The position numbers and the translations under genes were made by a program. Under the pieces are notes generated by a model. It saw only the letters and a program-made list of their open reading frames with translations, was not told the origin of the DNA and made no database searches. A DNA stretch of 33,144 nt, from the IMG/VR virus record IMGVR_UViG_3300020181_000024, positions 1-33,144 of that record; one strand, given 5' to 3'. The DNA is from a virus. Its lineage: Duplodnaviria > Caudoviricetes. Position 1 is the stretch's first letter; each line of letters starts with the position of its first letter. This document shows positions 6,331-16,100 of this stretch, one piece after another.

Positions 6331-6489
6331 TCAGGCGGGCTGGTCGTCGGGCGGCCAGTCGGGCGCGAGGAACGGGTTCGTGGCCGGCTCGGGGATCGGC
6401 TGCGGGTCGATGCGGCCCATCTGCTCGAGCGACCGGGCGTCGGCGGCGCCATCGTCCTGGCGCGGCTGCAGAGGTATCGGGTCAGGCAT
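6331..6489 (-). CDS. Small Pro/Asp-rich hypothetical protein (52 aa)
   Basis: ATG at 6489 with GGAG RBS directly after the stop at 6492; MPDPIPLQPRQDDG... Confidence 0.55.
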   Translation of the reverse strand: MPDPIPLQPRQDDGAADARSLEQMGRIDPQPIPEPATNPFLAPDWPPDDQPA

Positions 6490-6491
6490 GC

Positions 6492-6854
6492 TCAGACTCC
6501 AGTTCGGTTGTACTCGTCCACCAGAGGATGCGCCGGCTCCGGCTCGATGCCCGCCCGGTGCATCTGTCGCGCCCACCGGTCCGTCGTCGATGCGAACGCT
6601 CGGAGCATCGCTTCCAGGCGGGACATGCGGCCCCGTAGCTGCCCGTTCTCTTCGTCGACGCGTCTCACGGTCGCTTCGAGCACGGCGAACTCCTGTGCTT
6701 TCGCCTGGGGGGCCGCCTGGATCGCGGCTACGGCCTCGTTGGCTCGGGCCGTGGCCTGGGCTGCCCGGATGGTGGCGCGGGCTACGAACAGGCCGCCCCC
6801 TCCGAGGACGCTGCCGGTGGCACCGATGATTGCCGCCCATTCGCCCACGTTCAT
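6492..6854 (-). CDS. Membrane-anchored coiled-coil protein of the lysis cassette
   Basis: ATGA overlap at 6851-6854; N-terminal TM (WAAIIGATGSVLGGGGLFV) then heptads (VRRVDEENGQLRGRMSRLE). Confidence 0.75.
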   Translation of the reverse strand: MNVGEWAAIIGATGSVLGGGGLFVARATIRAAQATARANEAVAAIQAAPQAKAQEFAVLEATVRRVDEENGQLRGRMSRLEAMLRAFASTTDRWARQMHRAGIEPEPAHPLVDEYNRTGV

Positions 6855-7294
6855 GCGGCCTTGCCTCTCCTGCGCGGCCGTGATGCTGGGGGGACCGAAT
6901 ATTCGGGCACCGTGGCCGCCCACATGATGACCCCGACGTGCGAGGTGAGGTACCAGACTGCGACGAAGCCGCCGCGGGAGTAGTCGCCGGTGATCACGGC
7001 GACGGTGTAGGCGGTTGCCCACACAGTGGGGGGAACGAGCGCGGCCAGGAAGCCGAGCTTGTCACGGCCGACTTTGAGGAACGCGCTGGCCAGAGTGGCG
7101 AGGCCACAGCCGATCCAAAGCCAGGACCAGTGACGCAAGCTGCACAGGCCCGTCAGCAGTTCGAGGCCCTGGTCGCCGGGTGGGTCGACGAGGAACGAGA
7201 TTCCCCAGCACGTTTTGCCGGTGCCGAGGATGAGGAGGAAGCAGCCGCGGCGGCCCAGCGCTATGTACAGCCGCCGGGCCGCACGGCACGGCAT
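6851..7294 (-). CDS. Four-TM membrane protein of the lysis cassette
   Basis: Four hydrophobic segments; TGATG coupling to the holin. Confidence 0.75.
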   Translation of the reverse strand: MPCRAARRLYIALGRRGCFLLILGTGKTCWGISFLVDPPGDQGLELLTGLCSLRHWSWLWIGCGLATLASAFLKVGRDKLGFLAALVPPTVWATAYTVAVITGDYSRGGFVAVWYLTSHVGVIMWAATVPEYSVPPASRPRRRGKAA

Positions 7295-7614
7295 CAGACC
7301 GCCGTCGGCGTCGTGGTCTTCGAGCCGACGGCCTGCGCCTTCGCGCTCACGCCCGCGGGCTTCCAGAGGCCGAAGTGGGCCAGGACACCGGTTCCGAAGG
7401 CGACGAGGCTGAGTACGGCGGCCGTCTGGAAGTCGTAGTCGGGGCCAGGGTTGGCGAGTTCGACGAGGAAGCCGTTCAGGGTCGAGAGCGCCAGCAGCAG
7501 GACTCCCTTGAGGCCGGCACTGGTGACGCGGGTGGTGACCAGCCCGACGAGGACGGGCAGCACCACGGAGACGAGGAGGCCGATCCAGTAGGCCTTATCG
7601 AGGTCAGCGTTCAT
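7294..7614 (-). CDS. Holin
   Basis: 106 aa, three TM segments, immediately after the endolysin. Confidence 0.75.
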   Translation of the reverse strand: MNADLDKAYWIGLLVSVVLPVLVGLVTTRVTSAGLKGVLLLALSTLNGFLVELANPGPDYDFQTAAVLSLVAFGTGVLAHFGLWKPAGVSAKAQAVGSKTTTPTAV

Positions 7615-7616
7615 GG

Positions 7617-8501
7617 TCAGGACTCCTGGTTGGGGTTGCTGTTGATGTCGACGTCGACCTTGACGACGGCGTCCGCGATGGCCCTTTCGACGGCGTCGAC
7701 GACCTGCTTGGTGTCGACGCCGGAGCCGGCGAGCTGGGCGAGCTTGGTGACGGCCGCGGTGAGTCCGGCGACCTGCGTGGAGAGACCGCGCACGATCTTG
7801 AGGGTGTCGCGGTTCTGCAGGTAGTCGTAGCGGAGGTACGACTCGGCGGTCCAGAACTTGTTGCCCTTCGAGTCCTTCGCGCCGTCCGGCGAGGACAGCA
7901 CCTCGTCGGTGGTCCAGAGAACCTTCACGTCGTTCTTGTCAGCCACGAGGGCCTCCTTCTCAGGGCTGGTCTTGCCGGTGGCGCGGGCGACGATCCCGGG
8001 GAACACCACCTCGCGGAACTGCTTGATGCGGGCCTTGCCGGGGCAGGCCGTGCCGGACGTGGACCACTGCGAGAACATGCTGTGGTAGCCGTATCCGGGG
8101 TCGGAGTGGCTGCGGCAGATCCGCAGCGGGATGCCGTGCCTCTGGTGCAGCCAGACGCCGATCGCGATCAGGTCTTCGATCTGCTTCGCGTTCCACGGGT
8201 CCGTCGCCGACGTGTTGGACGCGGTCTCCGCCGACACGGCGCCAGTGCCGTCCCACCTGCGGTTGGCGCCGGCGTTGGCGTCCGCGCGGGTCTCGGTGCC
8301 GATGTACTGGCCGACGACGCCGTCGTAGTCGATCCCGAAGTGGGACTCGAGGTTGGTGGAGTCCCGCCAGTACTCGTAGGTGCGGCGCGCGGTCCATGGG
8401 GCGACGATGCTGTGGACGATGAACTGCGTCGGCCGGATTGCCGCCTGGGCGTCCGACTCCGGCTGCAACTCCATCTTCACGGCGCCGGGATACCAGGCCA
8501 T
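7617..8501 (-). CDS. Endolysin, N-acetylmuramoyl-L-alanine amidase (amidase_2)
   Basis: IVHS, SHFGI, SAET, GYHS...TACPG zinc amidase motifs; position after tail genes. Confidence 0.88.
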   Translation of the reverse strand: MAWYPGAVKMELQPESDAQAAIRPTQFIVHSIVAPWTARRTYEYWRDSTNLESHFGIDYDGVVGQYIGTETRADANAGANRRWDGTGAVSAETASNTSATDPWNAKQIEDLIAIGVWLHQRHGIPLRICRSHSDPGYGYHSMFSQWSTSGTACPGKARIKQFREVVFPGIVARATGKTSPEKEALVADKNDVKVLWTTDEVLSSPDGAKDSKGNKFWTAESYLRYDYLQNRDTLKIVRGLSTQVAGLTAAVTKLAQLAGSGVDTKQVVDAVERAIADAVVKVDVDINSNPNQES

Positions 8502-8563
8502 GGCACCCCCCTTTCATGCGGAAGCCCCCGGCGCGGCGGGGGCGGACTGGGTGGTGCGGAGGG

Positions 8564-9184
8564 TTAGAGGCTGGCGAAGCAGCCGTTGAAGCCGATCCAC
8601 GGCGGCTTGGCCGTGTTTGAGATGCCGTACAGGGTGAGCTGGCCGCCGGTGGTGATGTCGAGCTTGAGGGTGATTCGGTCGCTGTTGACGTCCGAGCAGG
8701 GCACGACGATCGTCCTCAGACTGCTGGGCCGCGCGGATGCGGGCAGGGCAGTGGAGTTGACAGTGAAACTGCCAGGGATCGTGCTCGGGTAGGAGCTGCG
8801 GCCGATGCCACCCCGGAACATGATCGTGTCTTCGCCTGCGAAGTTGACGATGCGGTACTGGAACGTCCCCTGGCTGTTGCCGTTTTGGGACCAGCCCGAA
8901 GACAGGCCGATCGTCGTCCAAAGCCTGCTGCCGACCGATACCACCACCCACGCGCCATCGACGCGTAGTTCCAGGCGGCCGACGTCCTCCAGCCAGGTGA
9001 ACATGCCGTCGACCGGTGCTTGATCGCCGACCAGCGTGCCGCCGCGGGATGACGCGGAAGCGAACCGCAGCACGCCGCGGGGTATGACGCCGTCGGCGAG
9101 GGCCTTGATGCCGCCAGGGATGTCAGGGGCATCTGTCATCGACGTCAGTTGAATGCCCTGCCCCCAGCCGTCTGTTGTGGGCAC
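8564..9184 (-). CDS. Minor tail / receptor-binding protein
   Basis: Last tail gene; C-terminal beta domain with FRGGI...LPASARP motif. Confidence 0.7.
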   Translation of the reverse strand: MPTTDGWGQGIQLTSMTDAPDIPGGIKALADGVIPRGVLRFASASSRGGTLVGDQAPVDGMFTWLEDVGRLELRVDGAWVVVSVGSRLWTTIGLSSGWSQNGNSQGTFQYRIVNFAGEDTIMFRGGIGRSSYPSTIPGSFTVNSTALPASARPSSLRTIVVPCSDVNSDRITLKLDITTGGQLTLYGISNTAKPPWIGFNGCFASL

Positions 9185-9193
9185 GCGCCCCTC

Positions 9194-9808
9194 CTAGATG
9201 GTGTAGCTGATGCTGTCGAGGGACACCCAGGTCGGCAGGTTGCTGGCCTGGAAGATGCGCATCGTGCCGGTGACGGTGATCTCCAGGCGGAGGACTGCCG
9301 GGTAGGCGCCGGAGTCGCGCGCCACTGCCCACGACATCGAAACCCCAGGTTGGAGTGCCGCAGGCAGAGTGAGCAGTGTCGCGCCGTCCGCGATCGTTCC
9401 CGACGTGGGCCCGATGCGGCCGCGCAGCCAGATCCGGCGCCCCTCACGGAGGTAGCCGGGCGTAAAGCCGTGCCCCGGGTTCTGAAATCCAGAAGCAAGC
9501 GTCAGCGGCGTCCATGTCTGCGTGGCGGTGGACATGCGCCCCCAGGCGAGCCAGTTGCCGCTGCTGTTCTGGTCGATGACGATGACGTCTCCGACGGCGG
9601 GAAGGTCGTAGGTGGGCATGCAGCGGACGGCGGGGATTCCAGTGACTGCGACAGTTCCGTCAACGTTGACGAGGGTGACGGTGGCGAGCCGCCAGTCGCT
9701 GCCTCGGACGGACGGGGCGCCCTCCCCCGCCCTCGTCGCCTGCTGCTTGAGCGCCCAGGCGAGGTCGCGGTGGACGGCGGGCGCGGGCCGGTCGACGCTG
9801 TCGGTCAC
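9194..9808 (-). CDS. Minor tail protein (N-terminal OB-like region plus RBP-head-like domain)
   Basis: GTGA overlap at 9805-9808; PAVGDVIVI, WLRGRI...LPAALQP. Confidence 0.75.
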   Translation of the reverse strand: MTDSVDRPAPAVHRDLAWALKQQATRAGEGAPSVRGSDWRLATVTLVNVDGTVAVTGIPAVRCMPTYDLPAVGDVIVIDQNSSGNWLAWGRMSTATQTWTPLTLASGFQNPGHGFTPGYLREGRRIWLRGRIGPTSGTIADGATLLTLPAALQPGVSMSWAVARDSGAYPAVLRLEITVTGTMRIFQASNLPTWVSLDSISYTI

Positions 9809-10896
9809 GCGTCCTCCTTCGCCGAGATCGTGGCGATCGGCATGTCGCCGCCCTCGTCGAGGGGGATGGTGAGCGCCGCAACCTGGTGCAGTTCGCGGGA
9901 GTCGTCCTCGTGCGTGACGCGGATGACGTCTCCCGGCTCCAGGGCCGCGTTGGGCAGGGCGCTGACGTCCCCAGAGGCGTTCGGTGTCTTGGCCTGGGCA
10001 AGTTTCAGCGTCGCCGCCTGCTGGCAGGCGGCGAGCGTCGTCAGGGTGCTGGAGCTGTAGAAGTCCGGGCGACGTCCGAACGGGCCGCCCCAGTAGGTTG
10101 GGCTGCCAGGGTCGTCGTCGGTGGCCAGCCAGGAGACGGGTGGGATGTTCTCGCTGCTGTTCTCGCCGCGCGCGAGGATCCCGTTGAAGACCTTGTCGGT
10201 GCTCATCGCTCGGTTGGCCTTGATGTAGACGCCGCCCTCGGTAGCTTCGACCGCCCACACCGGGTCGGCCGTCAGCAGGTCGGGCAAGGTGGCGATGACG
10301 AATACGCCGTCCGCATTGGCGTACACCTCGGCGCCGACCGCCGCGGCGATCTCCTGCGCGCCAGCCCACGGGTCGGCCTGGATGTCGAAAGCTCGGCGGC
10401 CGATGGCGGCGTCGTCGACGAGGCTGATCACGTCGGCGTCCGGCAGGGACCGCTGGATGAGGGCGGTGACCGCGCCGACTACGGTGCCGGTTGCCGAGTA
10501 GGCCTCGGTGAGCTTGTCGTCGGCGACGATCGCGGACAGGTCTTTGCCCTGCAAGTTCACGGGGCCCTCGTTGACGTCGCCGTCGACACTGTCCAGCCGG
10601 AACAGGCCGAGGGGCACCAGTTCCTCAGTGCCGTCGCCGTATTCGACGCCGCGGCTGATGCGGAGCCTGGCCCCGTAGGTGGCGAGCTGGTCCGTGGGTG
10701 TGCGTGGGATGACGGACGGGTCAGCGACAGTGACCGTGCAGGTGCGGCGGATCGCCTGCCCGCGGTCCACCGTCACCGACCCGCCCGTGTGCTCCAAGTC
10801 GACGACGTCGCCCGTCGTCAGGAACAGCTGCACCCGTGTGGCAACCCGGTGGGATTCGGCGAGGCGGGCCAGGAACCGGTCCGAGACGGGGTACAT
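9805..10896 (-). CDS. Minor tail / baseplate hub protein (DUF5047-like)
   Basis: ATG 10896 (MYPVSDRF); GSVTVDRGQAIRRT, ELVPLGLF, PNAALEPGDVI typical of actinophage hub proteins. Confidence 0.8.
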   Translation of the reverse strand: MYPVSDRFLARLAESHRVATRVQLFLTTGDVVDLEHTGGSVTVDRGQAIRRTCTVTVADPSVIPRTPTDQLATYGARLRISRGVEYGDGTEELVPLGLFRLDSVDGDVNEGPVNLQGKDLSAIVADDKLTEAYSATGTVVGAVTALIQRSLPDADVISLVDDAAIGRRAFDIQADPWAGAQEIAAAVGAEVYANADGVFVIATLPDLLTADPVWAVEATEGGVYIKANRAMSTDKVFNGILARGENSSENIPPVSWLATDDDPGSPTYWGGPFGRRPDFYSSSTLTTLAACQQAATLKLAQAKTPNASGDVSALPNAALEPGDVIRVTHEDDSRELHQVAALTIPLDEGGDMPIATISAKEDA

Positions 10897-10900
10897 GGCG

Positions 10901-13132
10901 TCACCCCATTCGGCGGTCGAGCAGCAGATCCTCGCTGGTCGCATACACGTTCAGGAGGTCGGCGCAGGTCGCGAACTCGGTCACCACGTCCTGCCAGGTC
11001 CGTCCGGCGGCGCCGTTGACGCCAGTAGTCACCGGCATGTCCTGCTCGGTCAGCGGCAACGCCCAGGCCCGCCACTGCTCCTGAGCGAGTTTCCCGACCC
11101 GGTTCTCGGTGATCTGGGCGACGGACACGTACATGTCGGTGACGCCCATGCCCGGCATGGCCTGCCAGAAGAGGGTGTTCCCTGAGTCGAGGAGCAGGTG
11201 GAGGGCTTCCCGCTCGGCGTCGGTGCGGGTCCAGATGGCGAGTTCGCCCTCCAGCCCTTGCCGTCGACCGGACAGAATGACCTTGTTGCGGCGGCCTCGG
11301 ATCACGTGCGGCGCCTGCTCGATCGGCCGCTGCCAGTCCGGGGCACTGGCCACCAGCACCTTGCATGCGCGCTGGGGATTGCCCGGATCCTTCAGCCACG
11401 CTTCGTTGATGTCGCTGAGGCTAAGCAGCACCTGCCCCGAGGACCGGGTGAAAGCGAGGGCGTCAGGCGACTCGTACACCTCGATCCGATAGTAGAAGGA
11501 CTGCCCAAGCGGCGCCTCGTGGTCTTCAATGACCATGAGGTCGCTGGTGATGACCTGCTGGTCGATGAGGCCGTGAGTGCCCCGTACCAGGGTGCGGGCG
11601 CCGCCGTCGGTCACCCGGTACACCGTCAGCAGGTAGTCGAGCGGCAGTTCCCGCAACGTCAGTTGCACGTAGCCGTCGCCGCTGTGAGCCTCCACCGCAG
11701 TCTGCGGCAGCACCTGCCACAGGGTGACCGCATCGAGATGCAGGACGCTGCTCACCGCGCCGGCTGTGGCCACCACCTCGACGGCCGCCTGGGTGGCTGC
11801 CTCTGGAGCCTCGGCGTCCGAAGACAGCCCCCACCAGCCGACTCCCGGAAGCCCGTAGGTCGTGCCCGTACTGGCTCCGAGATCGGTGTCGCTGTCGTCG
11901 TACCAGCGGACACGGAGCAGCACCGTCGTCCACGTGCCCACCGCGGCCTTGGCGATAACGTTCACCCGCCAGTTCACGCCGGCCGTCACTGGCGAGCGTC
12001 CGGACCTGATCGTGGACGCTGTCGCGGTCGATGAAGATGCTGCCAGCGAGTAGGAGCCCTCGTAGGCGGATTCCCCCCACGGTGTGGTCCGCGCCAGAGT
12101 CGCCACTCCGGCCGCTACTGTCCATCCGGCGATGCCCTGCTCGAAGCTGGAGTCCGCGTATGGCAGGACGCTGCCGGACTGGATCTTGCCCGCGACACCG
12201 ATCACCACGGTCTCAAGTCGGAGCACCTGCCCAGCAGATGCGCCGTCAAGGCCGGCGGCCATGCCGCAGGTCGCTGCACTGGCTGGGGCGATCATGCTGG
12301 CCCGCTGCCGGTACATGCCCGTCCCCGGCGCCGCCAGCGTGCTGCGCTGAGCACCGACCTGGTTACCGTTCGCGTCGTAGAACCGCAGCTCAATCCAGGC
12401 CGCAGCCGTCAGTACGGGCGGCTGAAGGTAGGCGTAGGCCAGGTACTCGACACCGGGCGTGACCGCCGGCCGGTCCACCGACAGCACACTCGCGTTACCG
12501 GCGGCGACAGTGATCATCGCCAGGGTATGGCCGCCCGCCGTGTACACGGAGACACCCCACGAGATGACCGGCACCTGACGGGAAATGGTGGCGTTGACCA
12601 CCGGCGTCCACCCCGAGGCGTCGACCTCCGACGACTCCGTATTGAAGGGGAGCAGATTGCCGAGTGTCCGGATCGGCAGACCCAGGTAGACGTTCTCCCA
12701 GAAATGGGAGACGGACGCCCCGGACTCTGTCGACGACAGCAGCACCTGCGCCTGCACCGCCCCGGCCGGCGCCGGACCCGCGACGGAGACTCGATGCCAA
12801 CTCGCGGATGCGCCAGCAGTAGACAAGGCCCACGTGATACTGACCTCGCCGCCTGTGCTGTTGAGCCAGCGGATCCCAATCCGCTCCCCCGTCGACGTGG
12901 CACCTGCCGTATCCGCGAACGCGTAATAGACGGTGCCGGCCACGATCGGGTACGACGAGACGGTGCGGGCCTGCATCTCCCCCGCCGCCACCGACCGCAC
13001 AGACAGGCAGCCATCCCCGTTCCTGCCGCCCACCCCCTTCGACAGGGTGCAGTTCAGCTTGGTCGTCCACCCGGACGTGTTCGGGTCGATGGACTCGGTG
13101 GTCGGACTGAGGAGGTTCCCGGGGATCGCCAA
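10901..13132 (-). CDS. Distal tail protein with three N-terminal carbohydrate-binding-like repeats
   Basis: Directly after the tape measure; repeats GNLLSPTTESID..SGW, GNLLPFNTESSE..SGW, GSVLPYADSSFE..AGW; C-terminal Dit-like region. Confidence 0.75.
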   Translation of the reverse strand: MAIPGNLLSPTTESIDPNTSGWTTKLNCTLSKGVGGRNGDGCLSVRSVAAGEMQARTVSSYPIVAGTVYYAFADTAGATSTGERIGIRWLNSTGGEVSITWALSTAGASASWHRVSVAGPAPAGAVQAQVLLSSTESGASVSHFWENVYLGLPIRTLGNLLPFNTESSEVDASGWTPVVNATISRQVPVISWGVSVYTAGGHTLAMITVAAGNASVLSVDRPAVTPGVEYLAYAYLQPPVLTAAAWIELRFYDANGNQVGAQRSTLAAPGTGMYRQRASMIAPASAATCGMAAGLDGASAGQVLRLETVVIGVAGKIQSGSVLPYADSSFEQGIAGWTVAAGVATLARTTPWGESAYEGSYSLAASSSTATASTIRSGRSPVTAGVNWRVNVIAKAAVGTWTTVLLRVRWYDDSDTDLGASTGTTYGLPGVGWWGLSSDAEAPEAATQAAVEVVATAGAVSSVLHLDAVTLWQVLPQTAVEAHSGDGYVQLTLRELPLDYLLTVYRVTDGGARTLVRGTHGLIDQQVITSDLMVIEDHEAPLGQSFYYRIEVYESPDALAFTRSSGQVLLSLSDINEAWLKDPGNPQRACKVLVASAPDWQRPIEQAPHVIRGRRNKVILSGRRQGLEGELAIWTRTDAEREALHLLLDSGNTLFWQAMPGMGVTDMYVSVAQITENRVGKLAQEQWRAWALPLTEQDMPVTTGVNGAAGRTWQDVVTEFATCADLLNVYATSEDLLLDRRMG

Positions 13133-13142
13133 GGTGGCCTCC

Positions 13143-16100
13143 TCAGTTCGCGTTGATGACGGAGATCAGTTTTTGGTTGTTGCGGTGGACGCGGACGTCG
13201 ATGAAGTCGGCGAGCGCCCGGTCCTGCGTGTTGATCTCCACCGTGATCGGGCCGTCACTGCCCCCGCGGGCCAGCTGGTTGAACTGGCTCCCGGTGAGTA
13301 CCGGCTCGGGCCTCCCCGTGCCGTTGTAGGCGAGGTTAAAGCCGGGCTGGAGCATGCCGCCGTTGTCGTACTTGCCGGGCTCGAACCCGTACCAGTCGGT
13401 GAACAGCTTGTCCTTGTAGCCGCGGGCACGGGAGCCGACGACGACGCCGTCGCCTCCGCGGGACTCGACGTTGGTCTTGCCGAGCGTGCCCGCCGTGTGG
13501 CCGACGCCAGCGTTGGTGATGCCGACCTTGAACTGGCTGTTGCCGTTCTTGACCCAGCCAGGAGGGGCCTGCTTGCCGTGGAACGCCATCGTTGCCCAGC
13601 GCCGGTGTGGCTTCTGGCCTCGGATGACGGACTCGATGGCGGACATGAACCCGGAGCAGTCCCACGAGGGGTTTCCGTTGCCGCCCCACTGGTACGGCTT
13701 GCCGTTCTGGGTTTTGGCCCACTTCAGGGCCGCCTGGATGCGGGGCCCTCCGATACCGCCACCGCCTCGCTTGTCGGCCTCCTTCGAGTAGCCGAACAAG
13801 GTGTCGATGATTTTGTTGGGGACGCCTCGGATCATCTTCCCGAAGCCAGTGTCCATGCCGGGGAAGTTCTTGAGGAGCGGGTCGACTACGTGCTTGACGC
13901 CTGCCCGCGCTGAAGCCTCAAGGCCGTCCTTCAGCCATGACGCCCCTTCCTTGATTTTGTTCCAGGCTGCCGAGCCGGCGCCTACGGCGTCGGACGCCCG
14001 GTCCTTGATCCAGCCGAAGATGCCGCCATCCGCGAACCGCTGCACCGGGTAGGTGCCACCGCTTGAGTACCTCAGCGAGGTGTCCGTCGGCATGGGCGGG
14101 TTCCCGCCGAGCACCGGGGCCAGGGCTGCCTTGACGCCCTGGGTGCCGTGGGAGCGGGCAGCCGCGTTCATCGTGTGCACGAATCCCGTGCCGACGGCGC
14201 GTGTGAACTCGGGCCGCATGATGGCCTCGCCACCCGACAGTTCGAGCGCGCCGCCTGTCGGGGAAAGGAACTGGTGGACGTCCCTGCCAGGCGTGTAGCC
14301 AGGCATGACGCCACCGGACGCGAACTTGAACTTGCTGAGCTTCTTCGCGCCGAACGCGCCAGCGACCTTGTTCCAGACGCCGACGATGCCGTTGTTGTAG
14401 ACGGTGTCGACGACGAACTGGACGGGCTTCCGGGCCACGTCCTTGATCTTGTCCCAGGCTGTTTTGATCGCGCCGACGGCGTTGCTGAAGACGCCACCAA
14501 GCCCTCTGATGATCTTCTTCCAGCCGTCGAAGATCGGCTTGATGCCGTTCTCCCACGCCGACTTCCCGACCGAAACGATCGCGTCGAACGACGGCTTGAT
14601 GGCCTCCTTGTACAGCCACTTCGCCCAGCCGCCGAGAGTCTTCAGACCATCCCAGAAGGCCTTGAACAGCGGCTTGAGGATGACCTCCCACATGAACTTG
14701 CCCGCCGCCTGGATACCCTCCCAGGCAGGCTTGATCGCGTTCTGGTACAGCCACTTCGCCTTGTCACCGATCCACTGGAGGACAGGCTTGAGGACGCTGT
14801 TCCACAACCACTGGCCAGCCGCCGCGATCCCCTCGAACGCCGGCTTGATGGCGTTCTGCCACAGCCACAAGCCCACGGCCGCCAGCAGTTGGAAGCCAAG
14901 AACAAGCGGCGTCACCAGGAACACGACGATGGCCGTCGCCAGCACCTTCGCCGCTTCCGCGATGAACCCGAACGCAGGCTTGATCGCGTTGTTCCACATC
15001 CACAGCGCGACCGCCGCGACCTTCTGCCAGTAGGCGATCAGGAACCCGATGTACGGCTTGATGATCGTGTTCCACAGCCACATCACGATGCCGCCGAACC
15101 AGGAGAAGAACGGCTTGAGCACCGTGTTCCACAGCCACAGCGCACCGGCCTGGATCCCAGCCCAGGCAGCCTGCACGCCCTCCCGGAACCAGGAGAACTT
15201 GTGGTAGGCGTAGATGACCGCAGCGACCAGCGCGATGACCGCGATGACGATCAGCACAATGGGGTTCGCCATCAGCGCCGCGTTGTACGCCCACAGCGCG
15301 ATCGTCCACAGCTTCGTCGCGACGATGATCCCGTAGATCAGCAGGATGAAGCCCGGAGCCTTCTCCGCGACGATCGCGATCCCCTCGGCGATGCCACCAA
15401 TGAGCTTCAGCAGCGGGCCTGACAGTGGCGACAACGCCCTCCCGACCTCCATAAACGCCGAGCCGATCTTGCCAAACGTGTCCGCGAGGACCGGCCCCAT
15501 CTCGGCGGAGTACTCCAGGAAACGCTCGAACTCCGGGCTGCCCTTCAGGCCAGCACCCCAGTTCGCGAACCGGCCAGTGATGTCCTGCATCCGCTGAGAG
15601 ATCGAATCCATGTGCGGCATGAAGGCCTGCATGACACCGGCCATGCCCTTGAAGACGTTCCCGAAGGCGACACCGAGGCCGACGATGGCCGGCCTCATCG
15701 AGCCTTCGAGGTCCCGCTTGAAGCTCTTCCACCACGGTGACTTGAACCCGCGGGACGCACGGTCCTGCAGATCACCGATCGCGGCAGCCGCTTCCCTCAC
15801 GAACGGCGTCAGCCCCGGCAGCGAGTTCTTCAGCCCGTTCAGCGCCCGCGTGAAGATCGGCATGACGGTGGGCTGCAAAGCAGTCGACCATGCCTTGAAC
15901 GCGTCCCTCAGCCCGAGGAAGGCGTCATACGTCTCACGGGCACTCGGCGACAGTTTCGCCAGCTCCGCCTGATACTTGGCCTGCGCCAGGGCAGCCTGAT
16001 CAACGCCCCCGGCCGCCGAAAGCGACGCGGAGGCAATCTGCCGCTGAGCCGACGCAATCGAGTCCGCCGCCGACTCCTGCGCCGCCACCAGACTCTCCTG

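Noticed and set aside
14500-15300. Repetitive DNA (GGCTTGA.../TTCCACA...) inside the long ORF
   Set aside because: Reflects ordinary tape measure peptide repeats (W..IKP), not a separate repeat element.
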